NCBI GenBank assembly: GCA_963741945.1
Contig: CAVUKA010000008.1
Coordinates: 1-64,000 of the forward strand
DNA length: 64,000 nucleotides
Direction of reading: 5' to 3'
DNA from: an uncultured Gemmatimonadales bacterium
Lineage (GTDB): Bacteria > Gemmatimonadota > Gemmatimonadetes > Longimicrobiales > RSA9
Shown here: one piece after another, positions 29,659-38,982 of the stretch
How positions within the stretch are numbered: position 1 is the first letter of the stretch
How the letters are laid out: every line of letters starts with the position of its first letter
Program-made: the position numbers and the translations under genes
The notes under the pieces: generated by a model
Told to the model about the DNA's origin: nothing
Database searches by the model: none
Seen by the model: the letters and a program-made list of their open reading frames with translations, nothing else

Positions 29659-31554
29659 TTGTCGTTGCTGGAGCAGATCAGGACGCCGGAAGACATCCGT
29701 CGCCTCAACGCGTCCGACCTCGAGCCGCTGGCCGCGGAAGTGCGGCAGCGGCTCGTGGATGTCATCAGCCGCCTCGGTGGCCATTTCGCCCCCGGTCTGG
29801 GCGTCGTGGAGCTCACGATCGCGCTGCATTACGCCTTCGATACACCCGCGGATCGGCTGGTCTGGGATGTGGGCCATCAGGGCTACCCGCACAAGATCCT
29901 GACCGGACGCAACGGCGCGTTCCCAACCATCCGGCAGAAGGACGGGATCTCGGGCTTTCTCAAGCGCGGCGAATCCCCGTACGACACGTTCGGCGCCGGC
30001 CACGCGGCCACCTCCATCTCGGCGGCGTTCGGCATGGCCACGGCCCGGGACCTTCGCGGCGAGAAGCACAAGGTGGTGGCGGTGATCGGCGACGGGTCGC
30101 TGACCAGCGGGATGGCGTACGAAGCGTTGAACAACGCGGGCCACACCGATCGCGACCTGGTGGTGGTGTTGAACGACAACGCCATGTCCATCGCGCCCAA
30201 CGTCGGTGCCATGAACCGGTACCTGACCCGGATCCGGAGCAACCCGCTGTACAACCGGATGCGCGAGGACGTGAAAACGCTGCTGCACCTCCTGCCGGAG
30301 CGTATGGAGCAGGCCGCCGTGCGCCTGGACGACAGCGTCAAGAACATGTTCGTGGCGGGCATGTTGTTCGAGGAAATGGGGTTCCGCTACGTGGGCCCGG
30401 TGGACGGCCACGACGTGCAGGGGCTCGTGGAAACGTTCCGCAACGTGCGGGACATGCGTGGTCCGCGGGTGGTCCATGTGCTGACGCAGAAGGGGAAGGG
30501 GTTCGAGAAGGCGGAAAAGGACCCCGTCGTCTGGCACGGGGCGAAGCCGTTCGACAAGATCAGCGGCGTGATGACGCGCAAGGACGGGCTGCCGGCGTAC
30601 ACGAAGGTGTTCGGCCGGGGTCTGGTCGAGCTCGGGGCCCGGGTCCCCGAGCTGGTGGTGATCACCGCAGCCATGCCCGACGGAACGGGCACGTCCGCCT
30701 TCAGCCAGGCGTATCCGGACCGCTTCTTCGACGTCGGGATCGCAGAGGAGCACGGCGTCACGTTCGCCGCCGGGCTGGCGGCCGAAGGGATGAAGCCCGT
30801 CGCCGCGATCTATTCCACGTTCCTGCAGCGCGCCTACGATTCCATCATCCACGATGCCGCGATCCAGAAGCTGCCGGTGGTACTGGCCATGGATCGCGCC
30901 GGACTGGTGGGGAATGATGGTCCCACGCACATGGGGCTGTACGACATCGCTTACCTCCTCACGATCCCCAACACCGTGGTCACGGCGCCGAAGGACGGCG
31001 CCGAGATGCTGGCGCTGCTCAGGCTCGCCGTTTCCTGGACGGAAGGCCCATTCTCACTCCGCTATCCGCGCGATTCCGTTCCCGCGGACGTTCCGCCACT
31101 GGACCAGATCCCCGAGGTACCGTTCGGGACGTGGGAGGTGCTGCGCCGTGGTCGCGACGTGGCGCTGCTCGCCACCGGCACCATGGTGCTCCCCGCCGTC
31201 GCGGCTGCGGAGATGCTCGAGGCGCACGGCATCTCGGCGTCCGTGGTGAACTGCCGCTTCCTCAAGCCGCTGGACGAGGAGACGCTGGAGTGGGCGCTCC
31301 GATCGCACAGGGCGATCCTCACAGTGGAAGAGGGGGCGGTGGTCAACGGCTTCGGGGCGACCGTTGGCACGCGCGTCGCCGCTCTCGACCGGCCCCGGCC
31401 GCGACTTCGGGTCCTCGGCGTCCCGGACCGCCTCATCGAGCATGCGACGCGGGCCCAGCAGCTGGAGGAAGTCGGGCTCACGTCGGCTGGCATTGCGGCA
31501 GCGGCCACGGAGCTGACCGGGCTGGGCGTGGCGGGCGCCCGTGAGTCGGCGTGA
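29659..31554 (+). CDS. dxs: 1-deoxy-D-xylulose-5-phosphate synthase
   Basis: WDVGHQGYPHKILTGR, GDGSLTSG, LNDN, DVGIAEEH, YSTFLQRAYD; TTG 29659 after GGAGG (GTG 29644 alternative). Confidence 0.98.
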   Translation: MSLLEQIRTPEDIRRLNASDLEPLAAEVRQRLVDVISRLGGHFAPGLGVVELTIALHYAFDTPADRLVWDVGHQGYPHKILTGRNGAFPTIRQKDGISGFLKRGESPYDTFGAGHAATSISAAFGMATARDLRGEKHKVVAVIGDGSLTSGMAYEALNNAGHTDRDLVVVLNDNAMSIAPNVGAMNRYLTRIRSNPLYNRMREDVKTLLHLLPERMEQAAVRLDDSVKNMFVAGMLFEEMGFRYVGPVDGHDVQGLVETFRNVRDMRGPRVVHVLTQKGKGFEKAEKDPVVWHGAKPFDKISGVMTRKDGLPAYTKVFGRGLVELGARVPELVVITAAMPDGTGTSAFSQAYPDRFFDVGIAEEHGVTFAAGLAAEGMKPVAAIYSTFLQRAYDSIIHDAAIQKLPVVLAMDRAGLVGNDGPTHMGLYDIAYLLTIPNTVVTAPKDGAEMLALLRLAVSWTEGPFSLRYPRDSVPADVPPLDQIPEVPFGTWEVLRRGRDVALLATGTMVLPAVAAAEMLEAHGISASVVNCRFLKPLDEETLEWALRSHRAILTVEEGAVVNGFGATVGTRVAALDRPRPRLRVLGVPDRLIEHATRAQQLEEVGLTSAGIAAAATELTGLGVAGARESA

Positions 31555-32477
31555 TGGCGGAGCCGCGGCCGTTCCGCCGGATCGGGATCGTGGGCCAGAC
31601 CCGGGATCCCGGTCTCGAGGAGGTGGCCCGCACTCTCGACGAGCATGGCTCCGCGCTGGGGCTGGAGCTCTGTCCCGAGCCGGAGCTCCGGGACCTGTTC
31701 AGCGCGGCGGGCGATTTCGTCCCGGGGCGCATGGACCTGCTCGTGAGCCTGGGCGGGGATGGGACCCTCCTGCGCGGCGCCCGTCTCGTGGCCGTCCACC
31801 ACACGCCTGTGCTCGGCATCAACATGGGGCACCTGGGATTCCTCACTTCGATCCGGGCCGAGGAAGCGGAGCGGGCGCTCCATGACCTGGTCCGGGGCGA
31901 CTACTGGCTGGATGTCCGCTTCACGCTCCAGGCCCGCGTCATCGGCCGGAACGGAAGTGCGGGCACCGAGTACATGGCGCTCAACGACGCCGTGTTGCAC
32001 AAGGGTGGGTTCGCCCGCGTCATCCAGCTGGGCGTCTACGTGGGAGAGGAGCGGGAGGAAGTGGCCGCGTACGCGGCCGACGGAATCATCGTGGCCACCC
32101 CCACCGGCTCCACGGCATACTCGTTGTCGGCGGGGGGCGCTATCGTCGCCCCGTCCATGGAGTGCCTGCTGGCCACACCGATCTCGCCGCACACCCTGGC
32201 CGTCCGGCCCCTGGTCCTTCCCGCGGACACGCGTGTGGAAGTCGAGATACGGGACCCGAACGCCGAAGTCGTGCTCACCATCGATGGCCAGGCGGGCGAG
32301 GCGCTCGTGAACGGCGATCGACTGGTGGTCCAGCGCGGCCGCGCCACGGTACCCCTGGTCCGCTTCTCGGGCCAGAGCTTCTTCTCGACGCTGCGGCGCA
32401 AGCTCCACTGGGGCGCCGGCGCCACCAACCGGGATGGCGGACGGGAGGGGTACTGGGACGGCGGCGCCGACGCGTGA
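31554..32477 (+). CDS. nadK: NAD(+) kinase
   Basis: GGDGTLL, GINMGHLGFL, ALNDAV, DGIIVATPTGSTAYSLSAGG. Confidence 0.96.
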   Translation: MAEPRPFRRIGIVGQTRDPGLEEVARTLDEHGSALGLELCPEPELRDLFSAAGDFVPGRMDLLVSLGGDGTLLRGARLVAVHHTPVLGINMGHLGFLTSIRAEEAERALHDLVRGDYWLDVRFTLQARVIGRNGSAGTEYMALNDAVLHKGGFARVIQLGVYVGEEREEVAAYAADGIIVATPTGSTAYSLSAGGAIVAPSMECLLATPISPHTLAVRPLVLPADTRVEVEIRDPNAEVVLTIDGQAGEALVNGDRLVVQRGRATVPLVRFSGQSFFSTLRRKLHWGAGATNRDGGREGYWDGGADA

Positions 32478-32493
32478 GCGGCCGGCGCAGCTA

Positions 32494-32523
32494 TTGATCG
32501 GCCCCGCCGCGCCGGCCTATCAT
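32494..32523 (+). promoter_or_regulatory. Putative promoter giving a leaderless recN mRNA
   Basis: TTGATC-18 bp-TATCAT, ATG 5 nt later, no SD. Confidence 0.6.
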
Positions 32524-32528
32524 CGCAC

Positions 32529-34190
32529 ATGCTGATAGAGCTCAGGATAGAGAACTTCGCCGTCATCGAGCACCTCTCGACCCGCCTCCAGCCGGGACTC
32601 ACCGTCCTCACGGGTGAGACCGGGGCAGGAAAGTCCATCATCGTGGGCGCGCTGTCTCTGCTCCTGGGTGAGCGCGCCTCCTCCGAAACCGTCCGTGCGG
32701 GCGCCGAGCGCGCCGTCGTGGAAGGTGTCTTCGACGTGGCCGGCCGGGCGGACATCGACGCGCTGCTGCGGGAACAGGGACTGGAAACCGAGGCCGGTCT
32801 CCTCATCCTTCGCCGCGAAGTGGCGGCGGAGGGGCGGAACCGGGCATGGGTCAACGGCGCGGCCAGCACCGCGTCCCTGGTGGGGGCGCTGGGCGGACGG
32901 CTCGTGGACCTCCACGGGCAACACGAACACCAGGCACTGCTCGGAGCCGAGGCCCAGCGAGACATCCTGGATGCCTTCGCGGGGCAGCTCGATGCGACGG
33001 AGCGGCTGCGCGCGGCATATGGCGAGCTGCGGCAGGCGCGCGAAGCCCTGGATTCGCTGGAGTCTCGCCGCCGCGAGGTGGAGCAGCGTGCCGACTTCCT
33101 CCGATTCCAGGCAGAGGAGATCGAGGCCGCGCAGGTGGATGCGGGCGAGGAGGCGCGACTCGAGGAGGAGAGTCGCCGGCTCGAGCACGCAGAGGATCTG
33201 GCCAGGCTCTCGGAGACGCTCCACCAGGCGCTCTATGAGGGCGAGACCTCGGTGGCCGAGGTGCTGGGAGGATTGCGCCGCTCGCTGGACCAGCTGGTCG
33301 AGATCGATGCCGGGCAGGCTGGGGCCAGGGACCTGCTGGAAACCGCGTACTACAACGTGGATGAGCTCGGCCGGCGCATGGGCGACTACGCCAGCGGCGT
33401 GGAACATGATCCCGGACGGCTCGACGCGATCCAGCGGCGGCAGGACCTCCTGTACCGCCTGAAGAACAAGTACGGCCCGACTCTCGCCGACGTGGTGGAG
33501 ACGGGGCGCGCCGCCCGCCGTGAGCTGGAGCTGCTCGAGCGCGGGACTTTCGAGCGGAAGACACTGGAGAAGCGTGTGGCTGAAGCCCGCGCGACCTTCG
33601 ACGCCCTTGCCGCAGAGCTGACCGCTGCCCGTCGGGCTGCGGGCGATCGCCTCGCCCTGGAAGTGCAGGAGGTCCTCCCGGCGCTCGGGCTGGAAGGGGC
33701 CCGCTTCGATGTGGCGCTGCGCACGCTCCCCGAGCCGGGGCCGGGCGGGGCGGAGCGCGTGGAGTTCCTGGTGACCGTGAATGTCGGGTTCGAGCCGCGA
33801 TCGCTCGCCCGGGTGGCCTCGGGTGGCGAGCTGTCCCGGATCATGCTCGCGCTGAAGACGATCCTCGCCCGTGTCGACGCCGTCCCTACGCTGGTCTTCG
33901 ACGAGATCGACGTGGGGATCGGAGGGCGCGTGGGCGCGCAGATCGGTGTGCGGCTCGCGGAAGTGGGACGGCGCCACCAGGTGTTCGCCATCACGCACCT
34001 GCCCCAGATCGCCTCCAGGGCGGACCATCACCTCCTCGTCCGCAAGGAGGAGTCGGGCGGGATGACCCGAACCATGCTCGAGGAGCTGAATGGGGAGCGG
34101 CGGGTGCAGGAGCTCGCCCGGATGCTCGGCGGGGACCCCGAGAGCGACACCAGCCTCGACCACGCCCGGGAGCTGCTCGCAGCGACGTAG
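32529..34190 (+). CDS. recN: DNA repair protein RecN
   Basis: LTGETGAGKSI, LHGQHEH, VASGGELSRIMLALK, FDEIDVGIGG, ITHLPQIA. Confidence 0.98.
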   Translation: MLIELRIENFAVIEHLSTRLQPGLTVLTGETGAGKSIIVGALSLLLGERASSETVRAGAERAVVEGVFDVAGRADIDALLREQGLETEAGLLILRREVAAEGRNRAWVNGAASTASLVGALGGRLVDLHGQHEHQALLGAEAQRDILDAFAGQLDATERLRAAYGELRQAREALDSLESRRREVEQRADFLRFQAEEIEAAQVDAGEEARLEEESRRLEHAEDLARLSETLHQALYEGETSVAEVLGGLRRSLDQLVEIDAGQAGARDLLETAYYNVDELGRRMGDYASGVEHDPGRLDAIQRRQDLLYRLKNKYGPTLADVVETGRAARRELELLERGTFERKTLEKRVAEARATFDALAAELTAARRAAGDRLALEVQEVLPALGLEGARFDVALRTLPEPGPGGAERVEFLVTVNVGFEPRSLARVASGGELSRIMLALKTILARVDAVPTLVFDEIDVGIGGRVGAQIGVRLAEVGRRHQVFAITHLPQIASRADHHLLVRKEESGGMTRTMLEELNGERRVQELARMLGGDPESDTSLDHARELLAAT

Positions 34191-34207
34191 CGCGGCCGCT
34201 CGGTCGG

Positions 34208-34236
34208 TTGACGCGCGGCACCGCATCGGGTAGACT
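34208..34236 (+). promoter_or_regulatory. sigma70 promoter of tRNA-Gly/Cys
   Basis: TTGACG-17 bp-TAGACT. Confidence 0.75.
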
Positions 34237-34333
34237 CTTGCTCGCATCAAGGCAGGATCGGAGAGCGACGCGGCCGCCCCGCTGCCCGGGGGCGCGAGAC
34301 GTTCTGCGGGATCCTCGATCATCGCCGAGTTGC

Positions 34334-34406
34334 GCGGGACTAGCTCAGTTGGTAGAGCGTCTGCTTGCCATGCAGAAGGTCGCCGGTTCGAGTCCGGTGT
34401 CCCGCT
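34334..34406 (+). tRNA. tRNA-Gly(GCC)
   Basis: Cloverleaf GCGGGAC...GTCCCGC-T, anticodon arm TCTGC-TTGCCAT-GCAGA, TTCGAGT T loop; no CCA. Confidence 0.97.
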
Positions 34407-34442
34407 CTGGACGGCCCCGGTCTGCGCCGGGGCCGTTTGATC

Positions 34443-34513
34443 GGGCCCGTAGCCAAGTGGTCAGGCAGAGGACTGCAAATCCTTGAACGCCGGTTCGAAT
34501 CCGGCCGGGCCCT
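34443..34513 (+). tRNA. tRNA-Cys(GCA)
   Basis: GGGCCCG...CGGGCCC-T, anticodon loop CTGCAAA, TTCGAAT; no CCA. Confidence 0.97.
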
Positions 34514-34691
34514 CTTCGACGGAGGCCGGGAACGCCGCACGGGGCGCCCGGCCTTCGTCGTTTCCGCGGTGCATGTGTCAGGTCGCGCGAAACCGCGGGT
34601 GGGGCCCCTCGCGCCCCCGCCACCGATCGGCCATCTTCCGGGAGGAGCCCGAACGGGGGGAACGCTGACGCCGGTGGCGAGGGAGGCCGTG

Positions 34692-34928
34692 GTGAGAGAA
34701 TCGGGACGAGCAGTGCGCGTGGTGGTGCTCGAGGCGGAGCAGGACGACTATCAGGACGTTTTCGTCCGCCTGCACGCGGAAGTCGGGGTGGTGGAGATCT
34801 ACACCACCGACGAGAACGGCGAGGAGGGGGAGCTCGTGGCCACGGCGCCGCTGGGCCACACACTCATCAAATGGGGCGACGACAGCGCCGCCAAGTACCC
34901 GGCGAGCGACCGCGAGATGGTCGGCTAA
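34692..34928 (+). CDS. Small acidic hypothetical protein (about 78 aa)
   Basis: SD GGAGG + GTG, coding-like codon usage, beta-rich pattern; stop overlaps greA stop. Confidence 0.65.
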   Translation: MRESGRAVRVVVLEAEQDDYQDVFVRLHAEVGVVEIYTTDENGEEGELVATAPLGHTLIKWGDDSAAKYPASDREMVG

Positions 34929-35395
34929 TCGAGCGTCTCGGGAAGCGTCCGCAGCTCCACGATCTCGAACGTCCGCTCGCCGGCCGGTAGCTGCACCGCC
35001 ACTGTCTCGCCCTCCCGGGCACCCATGAGTCCGCGGGCGAGCGGAGAAGCCATGCTGATGTGCCCGGCATCGAGGTCCATGAAGTCGCCGGCCACGATCG
35101 TGTATTCGTACTCGTCGCCGGACCCGTCGCGCACCTTCAGCCAGCTCCCGAAGCCCACGCGATCGCGCGGGATGCCCTTCACATCGATGTTCGAGAGCTC
35201 TCGCAGCCGGTTCGTAAGATGGCCGAGGCGCGCCTGTACGAACTGCTGCCGTTCGAGCGCGGACTTGTAGTCCGCGTTCTCCCGCAGGTCGCCGTGCTCC
35301 ACGGCCGTCTTGATCCGCTGCGGCAGCTCCACCTGCAGCTCGTGCTGCAGGTGCGCGACTTCTGCTTCCAGTTTGGCGATGATCTCGTCGAGCAT
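34925..35395 (-). CDS. greA: Transcription elongation factor GreA
   Basis: AVEHGDLRENADYKSA, VGFGS, ISMASPLARGLMG. Confidence 0.93.
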   Translation of the reverse strand: MLDEIIAKLEAEVAHLQHELQVELPQRIKTAVEHGDLRENADYKSALERQQFVQARLGHLTNRLRELSNIDVKGIPRDRVGFGSWLKVRDGSGDEYEYTIVAGDFMDLDAGHISMASPLARGLMGAREGETVAVQLPAGERTFEIVELRTLPETLD

Positions 35396-35556
35396 GGCGG
35401 CAAAGATAGCTCGGCCGAAGGGCCAGCGGAACCCGCGTCCGGGCGGCCCCCCGGCTCCGCGGGCACTCTGCGGCGGGAATGGAACTTGCGCCCCCGTCCC
35501 GGCCGTTCCCGGGCGTGCTCGCGCCCCAGCCAGTCCCGGCAGATGGGAGTGACGCC

Positions 35557-36225
35557 GTGTTTTCCAAGGGCCTGTCGGAAGCAGCGCAGAAACGCGTCGA
35601 GCTCGCCGTGGCGGTGGCCCAGGAAAAGCTGCTCTCTACACATGTGGATCACGCGCTGGATCTGATCGCGCTGGTCAATGACGAAGTCAGCTTCATCGAC
35701 GCCCTGGAAATCTATGCCCGGCTTCTCCGTCTCGACGACGACGAGGCGCAGAATCTGAGCTCCCGGGCGTTGGCCATTCTCGGCGAACGCGCGGAATCCG
35801 GGCAGGACTGGGAGACCCTTGCAGAGGGCGAGACCGAGGCGCCGGACGAAATCGGCCGTGGGGACGGGCACTCCCTGTTCGGACTGCTCCGAGACCGCCT
35901 GCGCGGGCGAGTCAATGAGGACTTGCGCTGGCGCGTCGAGCTCGTCGCGGCCCGCGCCGAGGTGGCATTGATCGAGACTCACATGAAGAACGCGCTGCAC
36001 TTCGCCGACTTCCTGGGCGAGGAACTGGAAGATCGCAAGGCAGTGGAGCTATATTTGGACGCTCTGGATGTACGGGAATCCGTGGCAGAGGTAACCTACT
36101 ATCTCGCTCTCTCGCGCATCGCTGATACCGTGCTGCCCGAACACGGCTCTGGCCTCGCCGCTGCGCGCGAGGCCGAGGCACGGCGCTCGCGCCAGGAGGC
36201 TGCGGGGCCGCCGGCCCAGGAATGA
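35557..36225 (+). CDS. Hypothetical helical protein with internal two-fold repeat
   Basis: GGGAG + GTG 35557 (ATG 35479 alternative); repeated RVELxxAxAxxxLxxTHxxxAL segments. Confidence 0.75.
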   Translation: MFSKGLSEAAQKRVELAVAVAQEKLLSTHVDHALDLIALVNDEVSFIDALEIYARLLRLDDDEAQNLSSRALAILGERAESGQDWETLAEGETEAPDEIGRGDGHSLFGLLRDRLRGRVNEDLRWRVELVAARAEVALIETHMKNALHFADFLGEELEDRKAVELYLDALDVRESVAEVTYYLALSRIADTVLPEHGSGLAAAREAEARRSRQEAAGPPAQE

Positions 36226-36329
36226 AGCCGAACGCGTCGGTGCTGGCTGCCTCACGTTCGCATGTCGCGACTTCGCCCGTCCGCCCGGAGGGACGAAATT
36301 TCTTGTTGTCCCGGGTCACACTCAGAGGT

Positions 36330-36346
36330 TTGGCATTGGGATTGCG
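36330..36346 (+). promoter_or_regulatory. Putative sigma54 (-24/-12) promoter
   Basis: TTGGCATTGGGATTGCG = TGGCA-N6-TTGC with exact GG-N10-GC spacing. Confidence 0.55.
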
Positions 36347-36489
36347 AACCCCTTGGCCCGGACGCGGGACCAGCACCGCCGCCGGGGTGGTGGTGCAGCC
36401 TGCAGGAGTCCAGCGCCGGATGCCGCCGACGGCATCCGTGCGTGAGTAGAAACGATTGTTATGGAATCCTTCTATCGGGGAGACCTCAG

Positions 36490-37827
36490 ATGATGAAAAA
36501 GACACTGTTGGCTGCCAGCGCAGTGGCGCTGGCGGGCGCTTTCGCGGCGACGCCCGCGAACGCCCAGGAGTTCCCGGGCTACCGGTTGGACTTCGGCATC
36601 AACGGCGGGTATGCCTGGTACAGCAACGCGCTGGACGCGAGCGCGGCCGGTACCGACGATGTGAAAGTGACCTATGATCCGGGGTGGCTGGTGGGCTCCC
36701 AGCTCACGTGGTGGGCCACTGACCGCGTAGGGATCCGGGCCAACGGCACGTACACGGACCGGCCGCTCACCGGCGACTGGACGGCATCGGACATCAACCT
36801 GGTCGACGACGTGAACCTGTGGACGGGGTCGGGCGACCTGCTCTTCCGGCTGACCGGGAACACCGGCGCCATGTGGCGCCCGTACCTGGCGCTCGGCGCC
36901 GGTGCCATGTGGACGAACCCGGCCGGCAACGTCGTCGCGAACCCGACGTCGGCGGAGCCCGAAACGGGCGCGACGTTCCAGGTTCCCGCAGCAGGCGGCA
37001 CGAAGTCGGTGGCGCTGATCGAGAAGCCCCGGTTCATGGGGCTGGCGGCGCTCGGCACGGACGTTCGCCTCGCCGACCACTTCGGGCTTCGGTTCGAAGT
37101 CGGTGATCGGATCTCGAAGTTCCCGCTCAAGGGTGGGACCGCGGACCTCGAGGACAACGTGTCGAAGGTCGCGCATATGATCTACGGACAGGCGGGGCTG
37201 CAGTTCATAATGGGCCTGAAGGAGCCCGAGGTGGTGGCCGTTGCGCCGGCACCGCCGCCGCCAGCGCCGAAGCCTGCGCCCGCTCCCGCCCCGGCACCGA
37301 AGCCGGTGGAGGAGAACGTGAGCGTGTGCGTGGTGAACCCGAGCGCGCCCGGTGGCCTGCAGACGGTGAACGCCATCTACCTGCCGGAAACGCGGGACAC
37401 GGTGGTGATGGTGGCCGGTCAGCGTCAGCCGCTGGCGAGCACGCTGCCCACGGTGACCATGGCGAACGAGGCCGACTGGTTCGTGCAGGGTGAGCCGCTG
37501 ACACTGAAGATGGCGCCGAACGTGAACCTGGAATACACCACGTGGCAGTCCGCACGAGTCATCAACGCGAACGACCTCACGTATCTGGGGAACGTGCGCG
37601 GTGTCCCGGTCTACGCCTCGACGGGGGACGTGTCCGGTGTGGCGAGCAGCCTGTCCGACCTTCGCGCGCAGCAGACGGACAACGACCTGAGCGGCATGCT
37701 CATGAAGTCGTCGGATCTGCGCGATGCGCTCGAGGATGCCCAGTACCTGTACGTGCCGCTGCGCCCGACGGGGTGCGTCTTCCAGACGGTCCGACAGGTC
37801 GAGCAGGTGAGGAAGAAGGATAGCTGA
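36490..37827 (+). CDS. Outer-membrane beta-barrel protein with Pro/Ala linker and unassigned C-terminal domain
   Basis: Signal peptide (ANA-Q), alternating beta strands incl. RPYLALGAG and GLRFEVGD, linker APAPPPPAPKPAPAPAPAPKP. Confidence 0.8.
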   Translation: MMKKTLLAASAVALAGAFAATPANAQEFPGYRLDFGINGGYAWYSNALDASAAGTDDVKVTYDPGWLVGSQLTWWATDRVGIRANGTYTDRPLTGDWTASDINLVDDVNLWTGSGDLLFRLTGNTGAMWRPYLALGAGAMWTNPAGNVVANPTSAEPETGATFQVPAAGGTKSVALIEKPRFMGLAALGTDVRLADHFGLRFEVGDRISKFPLKGGTADLEDNVSKVAHMIYGQAGLQFIMGLKEPEVVAVAPAPPPPAPKPAPAPAPAPKPVEENVSVCVVNPSAPGGLQTVNAIYLPETRDTVVMVAGQRQPLASTLPTVTMANEADWFVQGEPLTLKMAPNVNLEYTTWQSARVINANDLTYLGNVRGVPVYASTGDVSGVASSLSDLRAQQTDNDLSGMLMKSSDLRDALEDAQYLYVPLRPTGCVFQTVRQVEQVRKKDS

Positions 37828-37849
37828 CGCCTCGCCCGGGAGGCAGCAG

Positions 37850-37892
37850 AGAGCGCCCGATCGGCCCGGCCGGTCGGGCGCTCTTCCTTTTT
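37850..37892 (+). terminator. Intrinsic terminator
   Basis: AGAGCGCCCGATCGGC/GCCGGTCGGGCGCTCT + TCCTTTTT. Confidence 0.85.
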
Positions 37893-37919
37893 GCACGGCT
37901 CTGGCCGCGACAGTAGATT
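37891..37919 (+). promoter_or_regulatory. Putative sigma70 promoter of fbaB-rpiA-rpe
   Basis: TTGCAC-17 bp-TAGATT. Confidence 0.6.
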
Positions 37920-38048
37920 GGACCCCCTCCACAGGGCGCACGAACCCGGCCCTGAAGCGGACACCCATTCAGGACGCACACACCGGCTCCGGCGGACCAC
38001 CGCCGCCGCAAGCGGGCAATCGGCAAGCAAGGAACACGGAGGAGAGAC

Positions 38049-38978
38049 ATGAGCCCGAATGGTACGGCGGTCACCGCCGAAGTGACGACGCGGCCCACGC
38101 TCGACCAGCTCGACCTGCCGGTGGGCAAGCGCGTTCGTCTGCACCGACTGCTCTACGAGGGCGGGGTGGGCAACGGAACGCTGCTGATCCTCCCCATCGA
38201 TCAGGGGATCGAGCACGGCCCCGTGGACTTCCTGCCGAATCCCCCGTCGGCCGACCCCAACTACCAATGGCGCCTGGCGGTGGAGGGCGGCTACAACGCC
38301 ATCGCCTGCCACTGGGGCATGGCGCGGCGCTACATGAAGGCGTACGCGGGCAAGGTGCCGCTGGTGTTGAAGATCAACGGCAAGACCACCATCCCGAATG
38401 ACGACGAAGCGCTCTCATCGCCGACGGCCACGGTGGAGGACGCCGTCAGCCTCGGGGCCGACGCCGTCGGATACACCCTGTATGTGGGGTCTCCGCGCCA
38501 GGACGACGACTTCGCGCGCCTGATGGGCGTGCGCGACGCCTGCGAGAAGTGGGGCATGCCGCTGATCGTGTGGGCGTACCCGCGGGGCGCGGCGATCGAG
38601 GCGAAGGGGGGGCGCGACAGCCTCTACGCCGTGGACTATGCGGCGCGCCTGGCCCACGAGTTCGGCGCGGACATCATCAAGCTGAACGTGCCGAAGAAGG
38701 GCGAGAAGGACGGCCAGATGCCGCAGAAGTACCAGCAGATCGAGTGGGACTACGACAGCGGCATACGGCGGGTGGTCCAGAGTGCGGGCAACTCCATGGT
38801 CCTGTTCAGCGGGGGGAGCAAGCTGAGCGACGAGGACCTCATGAGCAAGGCGCGCTCGGTCATGGAGCAAGGGGCCACCGGCCTCATATTCGGGCGCAAC
38901 ATGTGGCAGCGGCCGTACGACGAGGCGCTGGCCACCACCCGGCGGGTGAAGGAGATGCTCGTGGACTTCCCGGCCTGA
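38049..38978 (+). CDS. fbaB: Class I fructose-bisphosphate aldolase (DhnA/FbaB type)
   Basis: ILPIDQGIEHGP, LGADAVGYTLYVGS, WAYPRG, GADIIK, SGG, GLIFGRNMWQR. Confidence 0.92.
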   Translation: MSPNGTAVTAEVTTRPTLDQLDLPVGKRVRLHRLLYEGGVGNGTLLILPIDQGIEHGPVDFLPNPPSADPNYQWRLAVEGGYNAIACHWGMARRYMKAYAGKVPLVLKINGKTTIPNDDEALSSPTATVEDAVSLGADAVGYTLYVGSPRQDDDFARLMGVRDACEKWGMPLIVWAYPRGAAIEAKGGRDSLYAVDYAARLAHEFGADIIKLNVPKKGEKDGQMPQKYQQIEWDYDSGIRRVVQSAGNSMVLFSGGSKLSDEDLMSKARSVMEQGATGLIFGRNMWQRPYDEALATTRRVKEMLVDFPA

Positions 38979-38982
38979 GCCG

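Noticed and set aside
34514-37827. Genomic island integrated at tRNA-Gly/Cys (also considered at the first tRNA and tRNA-Leu)
   Set aside because: No integrase, no duplicated tRNA 3' end seen, and greA is a core gene
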